This document shows positions 9,169 to 18,955 of a stretch of 64,000 nucleotides of DNA, one piece after another. The DNA is taken from assembly GCA_041651235.1 (NCBI GenBank), contig JBAZJQ010000002.1:71615-135614 (forward strand), read 5' to 3'. Below the pieces are notes generated by a model. It was not told where the DNA came from, ran no database searches, and saw only the letters and a program-made list of their open reading frames with translations. Origin of the DNA: Candidatus Pacearchaeota archaeon. Lineage in GTDB: Archaea > Nanobdellota > Nanobdellia > Pacearchaeales > GW2011-AR1. How positions within the stretch are numbered: position 1 is the first letter of the stretch; the number at the start of each line of letters is the position of its first letter. Position numbers and translations under genes: made by a program.

Positions 9169-10722
9169 ATGAGATTAAATATATTAATTGGCGGAAGAGC
9201 TGGACAGGGGATTAATAAAGTTTCTGAAATTGTAAGTAAAATATTAGTTGATTATGGATATTTTATTTTTAATTATAGAGAATATCCTAGTTTAATTAGA
9301 GGAGGGCATAATTTTAATATTTTATCTGTCTCTGATGAAAGGGTTGGAAGTTATGAATCTAAACTAGATGTTATCGTGGCTATGGATGAAAACACTGTTA
9401 TTAAACACAAGCCTCAGCTAAAAAAAGACGGAATTATTATTGAAGATGGAAAATTTAAAGATTTGGGAAGAAATCTTAATATTGCTCTTGCTGGATGCTT
9501 AATTAAAATTCTTGGAATTGAAAATAAAGTTTTAATTGAAGAAATTAAAAAACAGTTTGGAACAAAGGAAGCTGTTGATGCTGCTGAAAAGGGATATAAC
9601 AGCCATGAAAAGAAGTTTGAATTAAAGAAACTAAATAATAAGATTGCAATAATGACTGGAAGTTTTGCTATTGCAGAAGGTGCAAGAAATTCTGAAATTG
9701 ATATTTATCTTGCTTATCCTATGACTCCTGCTACAAATGTACTAAATGAGCTGGCTGTTAAAGAAGTTGAAAATAAACTTTTGGTTTTTCAGCCTGAAAA
9801 TGAAATTGCTGTTGTTAATGCAGGAATAGGAGCTAGTTTTACAGGAGCTAAGGTTATGGTAGGAACTTCTGGAGGAGGATATGACTTAATGACAGAGGGA
9901 TTAAGTTTACAGGGACAATCTGAAATTCCTTTAATTGTTTATTTAGCTACCAGGCCAGGACCTTCAACTGGGCTTCCAACTTATTCTTCACAGGATGATT
10001 TAGATATTGCATTAAGAGGAGGGCATGGAGAATTCCCAAGAATTGTTATTGCTCCAGGAGATCCAATTGAATGTATTGAAAAAACAAATGAAGCGTTTTA
10101 TTTAGCTGAAAAGTTTAATGCTCTTTCTATTGTACTAAGTGATAAACATCTTGCTGAATCTGAATTTTCAAGTGATAGAAAACCAAATAAAACCTTAAAA
10201 GTTGAAGTTAAAAGAAAAATCCCTGGCCAGGGAATTGTCAAAGCATCCAGTTATGAGCATGATAAATTTGGAAATACAAAAGAAGATGCTGAAACTGCAA
10301 AGCAAAGTGCAGAAAGGAGATTAAAGAAATATGAAGATATTAAAAAGGAAGTTAAGAAATTCCAGATGATTAAAACTTATGGAAATAAAAATGCTAAGAA
10401 TCTTGTTATTGGATGGGGTTCAACAAAATGCCAGATATTAGATGCGTTAGATAGCATTGATGGTTCTATTAAAACAGGAAAAGGAAATTATAAATTCCTT
10501 CAAGTTCTTTATATGAAACCATTATCAGAAGAAATAAAAAAAGAAATTGAAAATACAATGAAAAACAAGGGGAAAGTTATTTTAGTTGAACAAAATTTAA
10601 CAGGGCAGTTAGGCCGTTTAATTCGTGAAAAAACAGGTATTAAAATTGAAAATAGAATATTAAAATATGATGGCAGGCCTTTCACAAGTGATGAGTTAAA
10701 GGAGGAGATTTTGAGAAAATGA
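9169..10722 (+). CDS. 2-oxoacid:ferredoxin oxidoreductase, fused gamma-alpha subunit
   Basis: Gamma-type N-terminus (RLNILIGGRAGQGINKVSEI) followed by an alpha-type region (AYPMTPATN, GTSGGG). Confidence 0.8.
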   Translation: MRLNILIGGRAGQGINKVSEIVSKILVDYGYFIFNYREYPSLIRGGHNFNILSVSDERVGSYESKLDVIVAMDENTVIKHKPQLKKDGIIIEDGKFKDLGRNLNIALAGCLIKILGIENKVLIEEIKKQFGTKEAVDAAEKGYNSHEKKFELKKLNNKIAIMTGSFAIAEGARNSEIDIYLAYPMTPATNVLNELAVKEVENKLLVFQPENEIAVVNAGIGASFTGAKVMVGTSGGGYDLMTEGLSLQGQSEIPLIVYLATRPGPSTGLPTYSSQDDLDIALRGGHGEFPRIVIAPGDPIECIEKTNEAFYLAEKFNALSIVLSDKHLAESEFSSDRKPNKTLKVEVKRKIPGQGIVKASSYEHDKFGNTKEDAETAKQSAERRLKKYEDIKKEVKKFQMIKTYGNKNAKNLVIGWGSTKCQILDALDSIDGSIKTGKGNYKFLQVLYMKPLSEEIKKEIENTMKNKGKVILVEQNLTGQLGRLIREKTGIKIENRILKYDGRPFTSDELKEEILRK

Positions 10723-10958
10723 AAACCTGGAAAAAAACACTATTAATTATTGCAATTATTTATTTAATACTAATTGTAATTAAGTCTATACTCGGCTGTT
10801 TTATGGATTGTCCAATGTCAATATGCGAATCAGGAGATAATTGCCCAACAATAAATTGTAATTGCCAATTTACCCAAATTTTAATTAATATATTATTATT
10901 TGGAATTCCTAGCTGGATAATATTTTTAATTATATTATTAAAAAAGGAGAGAAGATGA
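10719..10958 (+). CDS. small Cys-rich membrane protein
   Basis: 79 aa with two TM helices flanking CFMDCPMSICESGDNCPTINCNC. Start and stop overlap the neighbouring genes. Confidence 0.4.
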   Translation: MKTWKKTLLIIAIIYLILIVIKSILGCFMDCPMSICESGDNCPTINCNCQFTQILINILLFGIPSWIIFLIILLKKERR

Positions 10959-11752
10959 CAGACGAAATAAACCCCAAAAGAGAATTTGTATCAACAGTTT
11001 ATATTGTAAAAGATGGAAAAGTGTTAATGACATTTAATAAAAATATTAATAAATTTATTCCATTAGGAGGGCATATAGAGGAAAATGAACTTCCCTGCGA
11101 TTCAGTTATAAGAGAAGCAAAAGAAGAATCTGGATTAAATATAGAATTAGTAGATTTAGGAGAATTAAAAGAGAAAAATCTCCCTCAAAATTTAGATATT
11201 CAGCTAGATGTTATAAAACCAGACCATCATCACATAAATCTATCTTATATTGGAAAAATAATTGATGGAGAGATGTTAGATAAATCTGATGAAGACACTG
11301 AATTAAAATGGTTTTCACCAGAAGAAATAATAAATTCAGAAGATATTTTTGAGAATACAAAAGAAAAAGCATTGAAAGCAATTAAATCAATGGAAAGTGA
11401 AGAACTAAACTTATCAGAATACCAAAAATTAGCAAAAATAACTGCTAAGAAGTTTGAGACTCCTGAAAAAGAAATTTTAACTTGGGGTCTGGGAATAACT
11501 GGAGAAGCAGGAGATATTGCAGGATGCATTAAAAAAACATATGCACATGATAATGATCAAAGGCAGGGAATAAGAGAAAATATAGGAGATATGCTTTGGT
11601 ATGCTGCAATGATTTGCAATTTTTTTGGTTGGGATCTGCAGGAAATATTAAATGAAAACATAGAAAAACTAAAGAAAAGATATCCGGATGGGATGTTTAC
11701 AATAGAACATGCTAAAAGAAAGGGGGAAAGAATTGACTGGAATGAAAAATGA
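10955..11752 (+). CDS. NUDIX hydrolase fused to a MazG-like nucleotide pyrophosphohydrolase domain
   Basis: Nudix box GGHIEENELPCDSVIREAKEESG in the N-terminal half. MazG-like GEAGDIAGCIKK...GDMLWYAAMICNFFGWDLQEI in the C-terminal half. Confidence 0.7.
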   Translation: MTDEINPKREFVSTVYIVKDGKVLMTFNKNINKFIPLGGHIEENELPCDSVIREAKEESGLNIELVDLGELKEKNLPQNLDIQLDVIKPDHHHINLSYIGKIIDGEMLDKSDEDTELKWFSPEEIINSEDIFENTKEKALKAIKSMESEELNLSEYQKLAKITAKKFETPEKEILTWGLGITGEAGDIAGCIKKTYAHDNDQRQGIRENIGDMLWYAAMICNFFGWDLQEILNENIEKLKKRYPDGMFTIEHAKRKGERIDWNEK

Positions 11753-12573
11753 CAGACCTTAATACAAAAGAACCAATAACCTGGTGTCCAGGATGTCCGA
11801 ATTTTATGATACTGGCAAGTGTGAAAAAAGCACTTGGAGAGCTGATAAAAAAAGGATACAAACAGGAAGATTTTACAATGGTTACTGATATTGGATGTAA
11901 TGCAAAAATCTATGATTATATTAACATATCTGGAATTTATGGTTTGCATGGAAGAGCTTTAGCAACTGCATTTGGAATAACTTTAGGAAATCCTAATTTG
12001 CATGTATTAGCTTTTATGGGTGATGGAGGATGTTATTCAGAAGGTATGAGTCACTTTATGCATGCAGGAAGATATAACTCAAATATGACTTTAATTGTTC
12101 ATGATAATCAGAGTTTTTCTTTAACCACAGGACAAGCTACTGGAACTTCTCAGCAGGGATTTAAAACAAAAGCAGAACCACTAGGAGAATTTAATAAGCC
12201 ATTAAATCCAGTTAAGATAGCCCTTGCTGCTGATTTTAGTTTTGTTGCAAGATGCAATGCAAGAGATATTGAACATACTGCTGAAATCTTAGAAAAAGCA
12301 ATAAAACATAAAGGATTTTCTTTTGTTGAAATAATTCAGGATTGTATTATCTTTAATCCTGAGATCAATAATAAAGATAGTTTAATGTATAAAGTAAAAG
12401 ATAATTCTGATAAAAAAACAGCTGAAAAGCTTGTAGAGGAATGGGATTACAATGGAAAATCAGGAAAAATTCCATTAGGAGTTATTTATCAGAAAGAAAG
12501 ACTAACACTAGAAGATGAATGGCCTCAGTTAAAAACATTAAGAGACAAAAAGAGAAACTGGGAAGAGAAATAA
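11749..12573 (+). CDS. 2-oxoacid:ferredoxin oxidoreductase, beta (TPP-binding) subunit
   Basis: WCPGCPNF near the N-terminus and the GDGG TPP-binding motif. Confidence 0.85.
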   Translation: MTDLNTKEPITWCPGCPNFMILASVKKALGELIKKGYKQEDFTMVTDIGCNAKIYDYINISGIYGLHGRALATAFGITLGNPNLHVLAFMGDGGCYSEGMSHFMHAGRYNSNMTLIVHDNQSFSLTTGQATGTSQQGFKTKAEPLGEFNKPLNPVKIALAADFSFVARCNARDIEHTAEILEKAIKHKGFSFVEIIQDCIIFNPEINNKDSLMYKVKDNSDKKTAEKLVEEWDYNGKSGKIPLGVIYQKERLTLEDEWPQLKTLRDKKRNWEEK

Positions 12574-12618
12574 TTAAATTACAATAAAATATATAAATGA
12601 TATTCTAATATTAATATT

Positions 12619-12792
12619 ATGATTTCATTGAGAGCATTGTTAGGGATGGTAGAAACTGAAGCTGTTGAAGCAATACATGAATCACGAGCAAATGATTCTT
12701 CTTATAAACCAAAACCAGATAATCTTCCTCCTATTAATTATAGATTAGAGCTTATTCAAAAACCAAATGAAAGTTATGAATGGGTGGAATAA
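12619..12792 (+). CDS. small hypothetical ORF upstream of the Fic gene
   Basis: 57 aa ATG-to-TAA ORF that I translated by hand (MISLRALLGMVETEAVEAIHESRAND...). It falls below the ORF-track length cut-off. Confidence 0.3.
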   Translation: MISLRALLGMVETEAVEAIHESRANDSSYKPKPDNLPPINYRLELIQKPNESYEWVE

Positions 12793-12852
12793 TTACCATT
12801 ACATTTTTTCTAAAAAGCAAATATTTAAATAGTTTGTAATGGTAATATTATT

Positions 12853-13710
12853 ATGAGAATAATAAAAAGAAAAAAAGGAAGCCGAGAATATTACTATATT
12901 CAGTATTCATTTAGAAAAGAAAATAAAGTCATAACAAAAGAAAAATATCTTGGAAAAGAAATTCCAAAAAATATAGAAGAAATTAAAAAAGAGATTAATA
13001 AAGAGTTAAAAAATGAACTAATAGAAAAGCTTGAAAAAATAAAAGAAAATTTTCAAGAAGAATGGGAAAGGATTCCTGAATCTGCAAAGAAAAAAGAAAA
13101 AGAAGAAATTTCAATAGCTTTTACTTATAATACAAATGCAATTGAAGGGAGCACAATAACCTTAGAAGAAACAAGAGAAATAATACATGATAAAATCTCT
13201 CCAAACAAGCTGTTACGGGATGTAAAAGAAACAGAGTCACATTCAAAGGTTTTTTTAGAAATGCTTGACAAAAAAGAAAAACTAAATGAAGAGCTAATTT
13301 TAAAATGGCATTATGAAATTTTTAAAGATGTAAAAAAGGATATTGCAGGGAAATACAGGGAATATTTAGTAAGAGTTGGAGATTATCTTGCTCCTGACTG
13401 GCAAGATGTTAAAAAATTAATGAAAGAATTATTTGAATTTATTAAGGAATATAAAAAAAAGATTAATCCAATTGAATTAGCTGGAATTATTCATTACAGA
13501 TTTGAAAAAATTCATCCCTTTGGAGATGGAAATGGAAGAATCGGAAGATTGTTGATGAATTATATTATCTGGTATGCAAATTATCCTATGATTATAATAG
13601 AATATAAAAAGAGAAAATCCTATTACAAAGCATTCAAAAAAGATGAAGCTGAATTTGTGAATTATTTTATAAGAAGATATTTAACAATACACAAAAAGAG
13701 GATTGCATAA
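12853..13710 (+). CDS. Fic-domain protein (AMPylase family) with an intramolecular inhibitory motif
   Basis: Fic active-site motif HPFGDGNGRIGR. The N-terminal TNAIEG fits the [S/T]xxxE[G/N] inhibitory helix. Confidence 0.85.
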   Translation: MRIIKRKKGSREYYYIQYSFRKENKVITKEKYLGKEIPKNIEEIKKEINKELKNELIEKLEKIKENFQEEWERIPESAKKKEKEEISIAFTYNTNAIEGSTITLEETREIIHDKISPNKLLRDVKETESHSKVFLEMLDKKEKLNEELILKWHYEIFKDVKKDIAGKYREYLVRVGDYLAPDWQDVKKLMKELFEFIKEYKKKINPIELAGIIHYRFEKIHPFGDGNGRIGRLLMNYIIWYANYPMIIIEYKKRKSYYKAFKKDEAEFVNYFIRRYLTIHKKRIA

Positions 13711-13738
13711 GATTAATAAAAATGGGTGAGAAAAGTAA

Positions 13739-14608
13739 CTAAATTATAATTAAGATTGCTCCTAATGTCATAATTGCTGTTGCAATTGTTCTAATTAATA
13801 AATTCTTATCTTTAAATAAAGTTCCTCCGATTAATGTTGCAAAAAATACAGAAGTTCTTTTCAAAGATAATACCAAAGCAACAGGAGCATCTTTAACTGC
13901 AGAAATTTGAAGATATCTATAAGTTATTGTTATTAATCCCAATAAAAAAATTAATTGCCAAGAGAACTTAAAAGTATGTTTTAGTTGTTTTGATTTTCCT
14001 GAGAATAAGATAATCCCCAGGAAGATAATTGCTAAGAATAAATGCTGAAATCCAATAAATGCATTTACAGGAAGTTTAAAGTTTTTTAATAATGATTTGT
14101 CTAAAACAGAAGTTATTGTAAATAGAATTAATGCTGTTAAAATGTAATAATAAGATTTATTTTTAAAAAAAGCTTTCCATGGATTTAATAGGTTTTGATT
14201 TTTTTCTGTTTGCAAAACATAAGTTCCTATTAAAATTAATATCATCCCAGATATTTGTATAGTTGTTAAAGCTTCTTGCAAGAAAATAAAAGAAAATATT
14301 GCAACCAGGGCAGGAGTTATAACTAATAATGGAAGAGCTTTGCTTATTTCCATATTTTTTAGTGTAATCATAATACAAAGAAATGCAGCTGCATCAAGAA
14401 TTTCTTTAAAAAATAATACTAATAAAGAAGAGATAGTAACTTCCTGAAAACTAATAAAAAAGAAAAAAGGAATTGCAATAATAAAATTAAATATTGCAAG
14501 TAAAACTGAAAAAGACAGTGCTTTTTCTTTAAATAATATTTTCTTTTCTAAAATTGCTGCAAATGCTGAAAATAAAGCAGAACCAATTGCAATTATATAC
14601 CATTCCAT
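13739..14608 (-). CDS. EamA/DMT-family transporter
   Basis: 289 aa with about 10 TM helices in two similar halves. Confidence 0.7.
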   Translation of the reverse strand: MEWYIIAIGSALFSAFAAILEKKILFKEKALSFSVLLAIFNFIIAIPFFFFISFQEVTISSLLVLFFKEILDAAAFLCIMITLKNMEISKALPLLVITPALVAIFSFIFLQEALTTIQISGMILILIGTYVLQTEKNQNLLNPWKAFFKNKSYYYILTALILFTITSVLDKSLLKNFKLPVNAFIGFQHLFLAIIFLGIILFSGKSKQLKHTFKFSWQLIFLLGLITITYRYLQISAVKDAPVALVLSLKRTSVFFATLIGGTLFKDKNLLIRTIATAIMTLGAILIII

Positions 14609-14609
14609 C

Positions 14610-15413
14610 TTATTTTTCTATTTGATTTGTCCTTTTATGCTTAAGGTTAAGCTTATTTAACAGATTTAGGATCTCATTTCTTTTTTCTGAGTTGCCTAAA
14701 CCTTTCCAGTCTAATACAATTTCTTTGACCTGTTCTTTTGTTTTTTGCTCTGCTTCTCTTAAAATAGATTCTGTTAAAGGAAGAGAATATTCTGGGATAA
14801 TATGGCTTATTGCATAATTAGAATTTAACTGAATTTTATTAAAATTAGGGCAATAATGTGGACCACCTATTGCAATTGCAGAAATCCAATTTTTTGTTTT
14901 AGAATTAAAATCAATTAAAGATAAAATTGTTTTTGCAATTATTTTTCCTGCTTGTTTGTCAGTATATTGCTCTTCAGTTGATCCAATTTCAATAAAACAA
15001 CATGGAGTATTTATTGAGGGTCCATGATGAGTGCATTCTAAGGTTATTTCATAATCCGCTAGATTTTCTTGTTTTGTTATTTCATTTAATTTTTGAAATA
15101 AATGCTTTAATACAAATGCACTTGTATTTGATATTTTTCCTCTATCTCCTCCAAAATCATTGTTTCTCCAGTTTCCAGGAGCATGTAATGATAAAGAATG
15201 CAAGTTTTTTTCTGATTTATGAGTTGAAGCAAAAACAATAAACTCATTATTTTTAGGTATAGGTAATTTATCCAGATCCTTTTCAGTTAAATAAATAGGA
15301 TGTTTTTTTATTTCAATTATCTGAATTTGAGGGGAAAAGCTAAGCTTCTTAAAGTTTTCAATTATATTTTTTCCTGCTAAATCTTCTTTTCCATAAATTA
15401 TTGTGAATAGCAT
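14610..15413 (-). CDS. dtdA: archaeal-type D-aminoacyl-tRNA deacylase
   Basis: APGNW, ECTHHGP, FIEIGSTEE, IGGPHY and DWKG blocks match my recollection of the archaeal DtdA family. Confidence 0.8.
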   Translation of the reverse strand: MLFTIIYGKEDLAGKNIIENFKKLSFSPQIQIIEIKKHPIYLTEKDLDKLPIPKNNEFIVFASTHKSEKNLHSLSLHAPGNWRNNDFGGDRGKISNTSAFVLKHLFQKLNEITKQENLADYEITLECTHHGPSINTPCCFIEIGSTEEQYTDKQAGKIIAKTILSLIDFNSKTKNWISAIAIGGPHYCPNFNKIQLNSNYAISHIIPEYSLPLTESILREAEQKTKEQVKEIVLDWKGLGNSEKRNEILNLLNKLNLKHKRTNQIEK

Positions 15414-15524
15414 AAAATAAAATAGAATGAATGGATTTAAGTGTTTTGGTTTAATTGATTATAGAATGATTAAGTTTTCTTTTTCTCCAAAAGATTTTTA
15501 AGATACGCCGGATATAATATAAAC

Positions 15525-16553
15525 ATGAAAAGAGGTTTAATTATAGGAATCGTTGCAGGAGTTGTAATAATCTCTGCTGTTTTTTTCTTATTTAAATACA
15601 CACAAAAAGAATCTATTGAGGATATAAGATCGATTAATAGTGAAGACGCAGTGGAAAATGTTTGTAAAAATTATACTGGTTTAGAAGAATGTTCATCTTC
15701 CCTTGAATGTGAATGGAGATTAAATGAAAATAAATGTGATTTAATAAAAATCACAGATAACCAAGGAGAATTAGATCAAAATTTAGAAGAAATTAATCCC
15801 AATAATCTTTCAAATACTCTCTGCAACCAACTGCCTACATCAAGCGAATTTGGTTTAGATGACAATTATTATTGTCTTGCTGTAGTAAACAACAATCCTG
15901 ATTTTTGTGAGAAAATTCTTGGGGATATAGATGGACCTGCTATCCCCGGAGAATCCGAAGAAGATTTAAATGATAAAACCCCTTATTATATTTGTCTGTC
16001 TGCAGTCAATAAAGATTTTTCTTACTGTAAACTAGTAAAACAAGATGCTAAAAAAACCTGTTATAATGCACTTGCTCAATTAAGCTGGAATATAGATGTT
16101 TGTAATAATATGGATTATAATCCAAGCGATAAGCAGGAATGTTATTTTAATTTTGTAAATGCTTTATATTGGGAAAATAAATCAGAAGAAATAAGAACAG
16201 ACTATTGTGATAAGATTAGTGATAACCTAGATAAAAATACCTGTCTTGCTTTTAAAGAACGAGATGTTTCTCTTTGTGGAAGTAATAAAAATTGTTTAAC
16301 TTTTTTTCCTCAGGAATTGTCTTTTTGCAATGGTGCAACTTTTAAAGATGAAGATGAATGTATTCGTGATAGGGCCCTAGTAAAAAGAGATATATCCATA
16401 TGTGATAAGTTATCCGATCAAACTGGAAGAGACGACTGTTATGGAGACTTTGCTAACCATATTCAACAGAACATTACCATCTGTGATAAGATAATTGGCA
16501 TATCTCGCAAACGAGGATGTTATATAAATACTGCAATAAATCTTGCTAAATAA
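15525..16553 (+). CDS. membrane-anchored Cys-rich repeat protein
   Basis: N-terminal TM segment, then about 8 repeats of a C-x(7-15)-C unit (for example YYCLAVVNNNPDFCEK, YYICLSAVNKDFSYCKL, ECIRDRALVKRDISICDK). Confidence 0.5.
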   Translation: MKRGLIIGIVAGVVIISAVFFLFKYTQKESIEDIRSINSEDAVENVCKNYTGLEECSSSLECEWRLNENKCDLIKITDNQGELDQNLEEINPNNLSNTLCNQLPTSSEFGLDDNYYCLAVVNNNPDFCEKILGDIDGPAIPGESEEDLNDKTPYYICLSAVNKDFSYCKLVKQDAKKTCYNALAQLSWNIDVCNNMDYNPSDKQECYFNFVNALYWENKSEEIRTDYCDKISDNLDKNTCLAFKERDVSLCGSNKNCLTFFPQELSFCNGATFKDEDECIRDRALVKRDISICDKLSDQTGRDDCYGDFANHIQQNITICDKIIGISRKRGCYINTAINLAK

Positions 16554-16610
16554 TTCAGGGTAAATATCTGAATATGGGTAAATGAACTTCTATGCAATAA
16601 TCTTTATAAA

Positions 16611-16877
16611 TTGGTTAAGAATAAATTACATATGAAAGTAAAGCCATTAGTTAGTATCATTTTAACATCTATCGTATTAAATTTAAGTTCTGGTTGTGTA
16701 AGTTCTTTAATAAATAAAGATTATTATTTAGCTCCTTATGAAAGAGAAGAAAAAGAAAGAAAACAAGAAAAAGAAAAAATAAGAGCAGAATCTCTTAAAC
16801 ATTCTGAAAGTTATGAAAATTCTGTGATCTATAATTTTGACAGACAACTTGTAAATGGGAATTATAAAAATAAGTAA
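16611..16877 (+). CDS. small putative lipoprotein
   Basis: Hydrophobic N-terminus ending in LSSGC. Confidence 0.35.
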   Translation: MVKNKLHMKVKPLVSIILTSIVLNLSSGCVSSLINKDYYLAPYEREEKERKQEKEKIRAESLKHSESYENSVIYNFDRQLVNGNYKNK

Positions 16878-17067
16878 ACTAACATTAATTCTTGCATTAA
16901 GTTCTGGATGTGCAGAAATGAAATTATTTGATTATAAAGCTGCAAAACAGGAATACGAGCAAGAGATGAAAGCAAAAGCCAAGAAAGCAGAAAAATATTT
17001 TTCTAAAATAGGTGAAAATTCTACTGCAGAAGATGTAGAAAGATATTTAGCTAGAAGAGGATATTAA
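16855..17067 (+). CDS. small putative lipoprotein
   Basis: Hydrophobic N-terminus ending in LSSGC. Resembles the preceding ORF. Confidence 0.35.
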   Translation: MGIIKISKLTLILALSSGCAEMKLFDYKAAKQEYEQEMKAKAKKAEKYFSKIGENSTAEDVERYLARRGY

Positions 17068-17101
17068 TTTAAATAGTATGATAAATTATTAGTTATATGA
17101 G

Positions 17102-17350
17102 GTGAAAATGAAAAACTTATTTTACATATTATTGCTGTTAATGGGGTTTTCCATTGGATATTATCTTTCAAGAATCTGCAAAGATGAAATAAAAAAATGG
17201 AGAAAAGAATTATTTTCAATTTCAGTTATATCCCTATTATTTGCTATTGTTTTGTCTTTTACCCAATTTGAATTTAAATTTCCAATTATTTTAACTTGCT
17301 TTTTTATGATAATCACTTTCTTAACAATAACTTGGAAAAGTTATTATTGA
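17102..17350 (+). CDS. small membrane protein
   Basis: 82 aa with three hydrophobic helices. Confidence 0.35.
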   Translation: MKMKNLFYILLLLMGFSIGYYLSRICKDEIKKWRKELFSISVISLLFAIVLSFTQFEFKFPIILTCFFMIITFLTITWKSYY

Positions 17351-17435
17351 TTTGCTTATTAATCTGCTATAGAAATATTTATATATGAAGTTTATCTGAT
17401 ATTGTATATTTATATAGAGGAAAAAGGAGGTTAAA

Positions 17436-17876
17436 ATGAACAAAAAAGGACAAGCAGCTATGGAGTTTTTGATGACTTATGGTTGGGCAATTCTTGCAGC
17501 AGTTATTGCTATTGGTGTTTTAGCATATTTTGGGGTTTTCAGCCCTGGAAAATATGTTACAGGAAATGCCGTAGTAAATCCACCTTTTTACATCAATGCT
17601 TATAATATAAAAGCAAGTGATGGGGTTACTCTTGAAATAAAGGATAATGGTGGAGAAGATTATACTCTAACAAGTGTTGTTGTAAGCGGCTGTGGAACAT
17701 ATAGTACTTCAACTCCAATAACTACAGATGCTCCTGCAGTAATAACTGTTACATGTGCGCCTGCATTAACTGAAGGCGATACTTTAAGTGAAGATATAAC
17801 AATAACATACACTAAAGAAGGAAGCACAGTTGAATTAACATCAACAGGGACAGTAGCTGGAAAAGTAGTAGCTTAA
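17436..17876 (+). CDS. archaeal type IV pilin-like protein (class III signal peptide)
   Basis: MNKKGQAAMEFLMTYGWAILAAVIAIGVLAYF is a classic archaeal prepilin N-terminus. Strong RBS ggaggt upstream. Thr/Val-rich body. Confidence 0.75.
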   Translation: MNKKGQAAMEFLMTYGWAILAAVIAIGVLAYFGVFSPGKYVTGNAVVNPPFYINAYNIKASDGVTLEIKDNGGEDYTLTSVVVSGCGTYSTSTPITTDAPAVITVTCAPALTEGDTLSEDITITYTKEGSTVELTSTGTVAGKVVA

Positions 17877-17910
17877 TTTTTTATTTTTTTTATTTTTTTA
17901 TAATTTAATT
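17877..17910 (+). terminator. oligo-T tract after the pilin gene (archaeal terminator-like)
   Basis: ttttttattttttttattttttt begins immediately after the stop codon. Confidence 0.4.
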
Positions 17911-18018
17911 TTATATAAACTCCTAATTATTAGTAATCTTATTGGACAAATAATAAGGCTTTTGTTCATAAAAATTTTATTCATATATCATTTAAATCCT
18001 AAACCCATTAAAAATATT

Positions 18019-18852
18019 TTAATATAATTTACCAGAAATAGGTTTACCTGATAAAACGATTCCATTTCTCTTAATAGAAAAAGGATAAATTTTTGTAGAA
18101 TGTTCAGTTCCCCTCATTTTTAAAACTTCTAGATACCTGCTTCTTTGTTTTTTATCTCTTAAAAAATATAATAAAGTTATAGAATCCGATTCAAATTCCA
18201 AAACTCTTGATGTGCTTTTCTCTCTGTTAGGAGCTCCTTCATAGGTCAATACAGCAGTGCAGTTCCATTTTCTTAACATATTGAATAAAGATAAAGCAGC
18301 TTCTCTTTTTTCAACTTCAGTCTCAAATAATAAGATAAATGAAGTGATGCTATCAAAGACAACTCTTGTTATTTTTTTACTTAAAATCAGGGTTTCTACT
18401 GTTCCTCCTCCTTCTTCTAGCATTGTCTTTACTTTTTCAGGAGTGTATTCCAAGAAAAAGAATTTTCCTCCTTTTTCTTCTTTTTCTAAATCCCATCCAA
18501 GTTCTTTCATGTTAGCATAAAATTCTTGTTTATCTTCTTCAAAAGTAAGATACATACAAACTTCTTTTTTTCTTAAACCCTCAATTATAAACTGCATTGC
18601 AGCAATTGTTTTTCCAGAACCTGTTTCTCCTACAATAAGGTTAGTTGAATCTTGTTCAAATCCTCCTTGAGTTATCTTATTTAAACCTAAAATTCCAGTA
18701 GAAACTCTTTTTATTTTTTCAATTTTATGTTTGGTTTTTGTAATCGTTAGATTAGCTTTTTTAGGTTTTACAGATTTTACTTTTACATTTTTCTTAATAA
18801 TTTTATTAGTTTTTTTAATATTCTTAGAATGTTTCACTTTCCTCTTTTTCAT
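18019..18852 (-). CDS. KaiC/RecA-superfamily ATPase with a Lys-rich N-terminal tail
   Basis: GILGLNKITQGGFEQDSTNLIVGETGSGKT Walker A context and LTFEE are typical of single-domain archaeal KaiC-like ATPases. Confidence 0.75.
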   Translation of the reverse strand: MKKRKVKHSKNIKKTNKIIKKNVKVKSVKPKKANLTITKTKHKIEKIKRVSTGILGLNKITQGGFEQDSTNLIVGETGSGKTIAAMQFIIEGLRKKEVCMYLTFEEDKQEFYANMKELGWDLEKEEKGGKFFFLEYTPEKVKTMLEEGGGTVETLILSKKITRVVFDSITSFILLFETEVEKREAALSLFNMLRKWNCTAVLTYEGAPNREKSTSRVLEFESDSITLLYFLRDKKQRSRYLEVLKMRGTEHSTKIYPFSIKRNGIVLSGKPISGKLY

Positions 18853-18955
18853 AAGTATTATAAGAAATTAATGCTTAAAAATGTATTGATGTTTTAAAAC
18901 AACCTAACCGGGTTATTACAAAAGAATTTAAATAAATGTTAAATTTAATGTTTAT

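Noticed and set aside
11557-11949. Antisense or overlapping ORFs inside strong genes: 1028-1291, 3617-4320 (+), 5090-5419, 7519-7725, 11245-11529, 11557-11949, 14163-14378, 15002-15241, 18257-18520, 19618-19941, 21878-22339, 24087-24947, 33905-34171, 35253-35783, 36011-36489, 38654-38923, 42147-42383, 43674-43862, 44292-44504, 47832-48381, 49418-49957, 49964-50224, 52921-53539, 54986-55168, 55656-55940, 56365-56610, 57988-58221, 58653-58844, 60114-60323, 62151-62384, 63546-63884
   Set aside because: Each is embedded opposite to, or out of frame with, a longer ORF that has recognisable motifs or better context. They show low-complexity, AT-codon-driven composition (Ile/Phe/Leu/Ser/Asn-rich) typical of shadow ORFs in AT-rich genomes.
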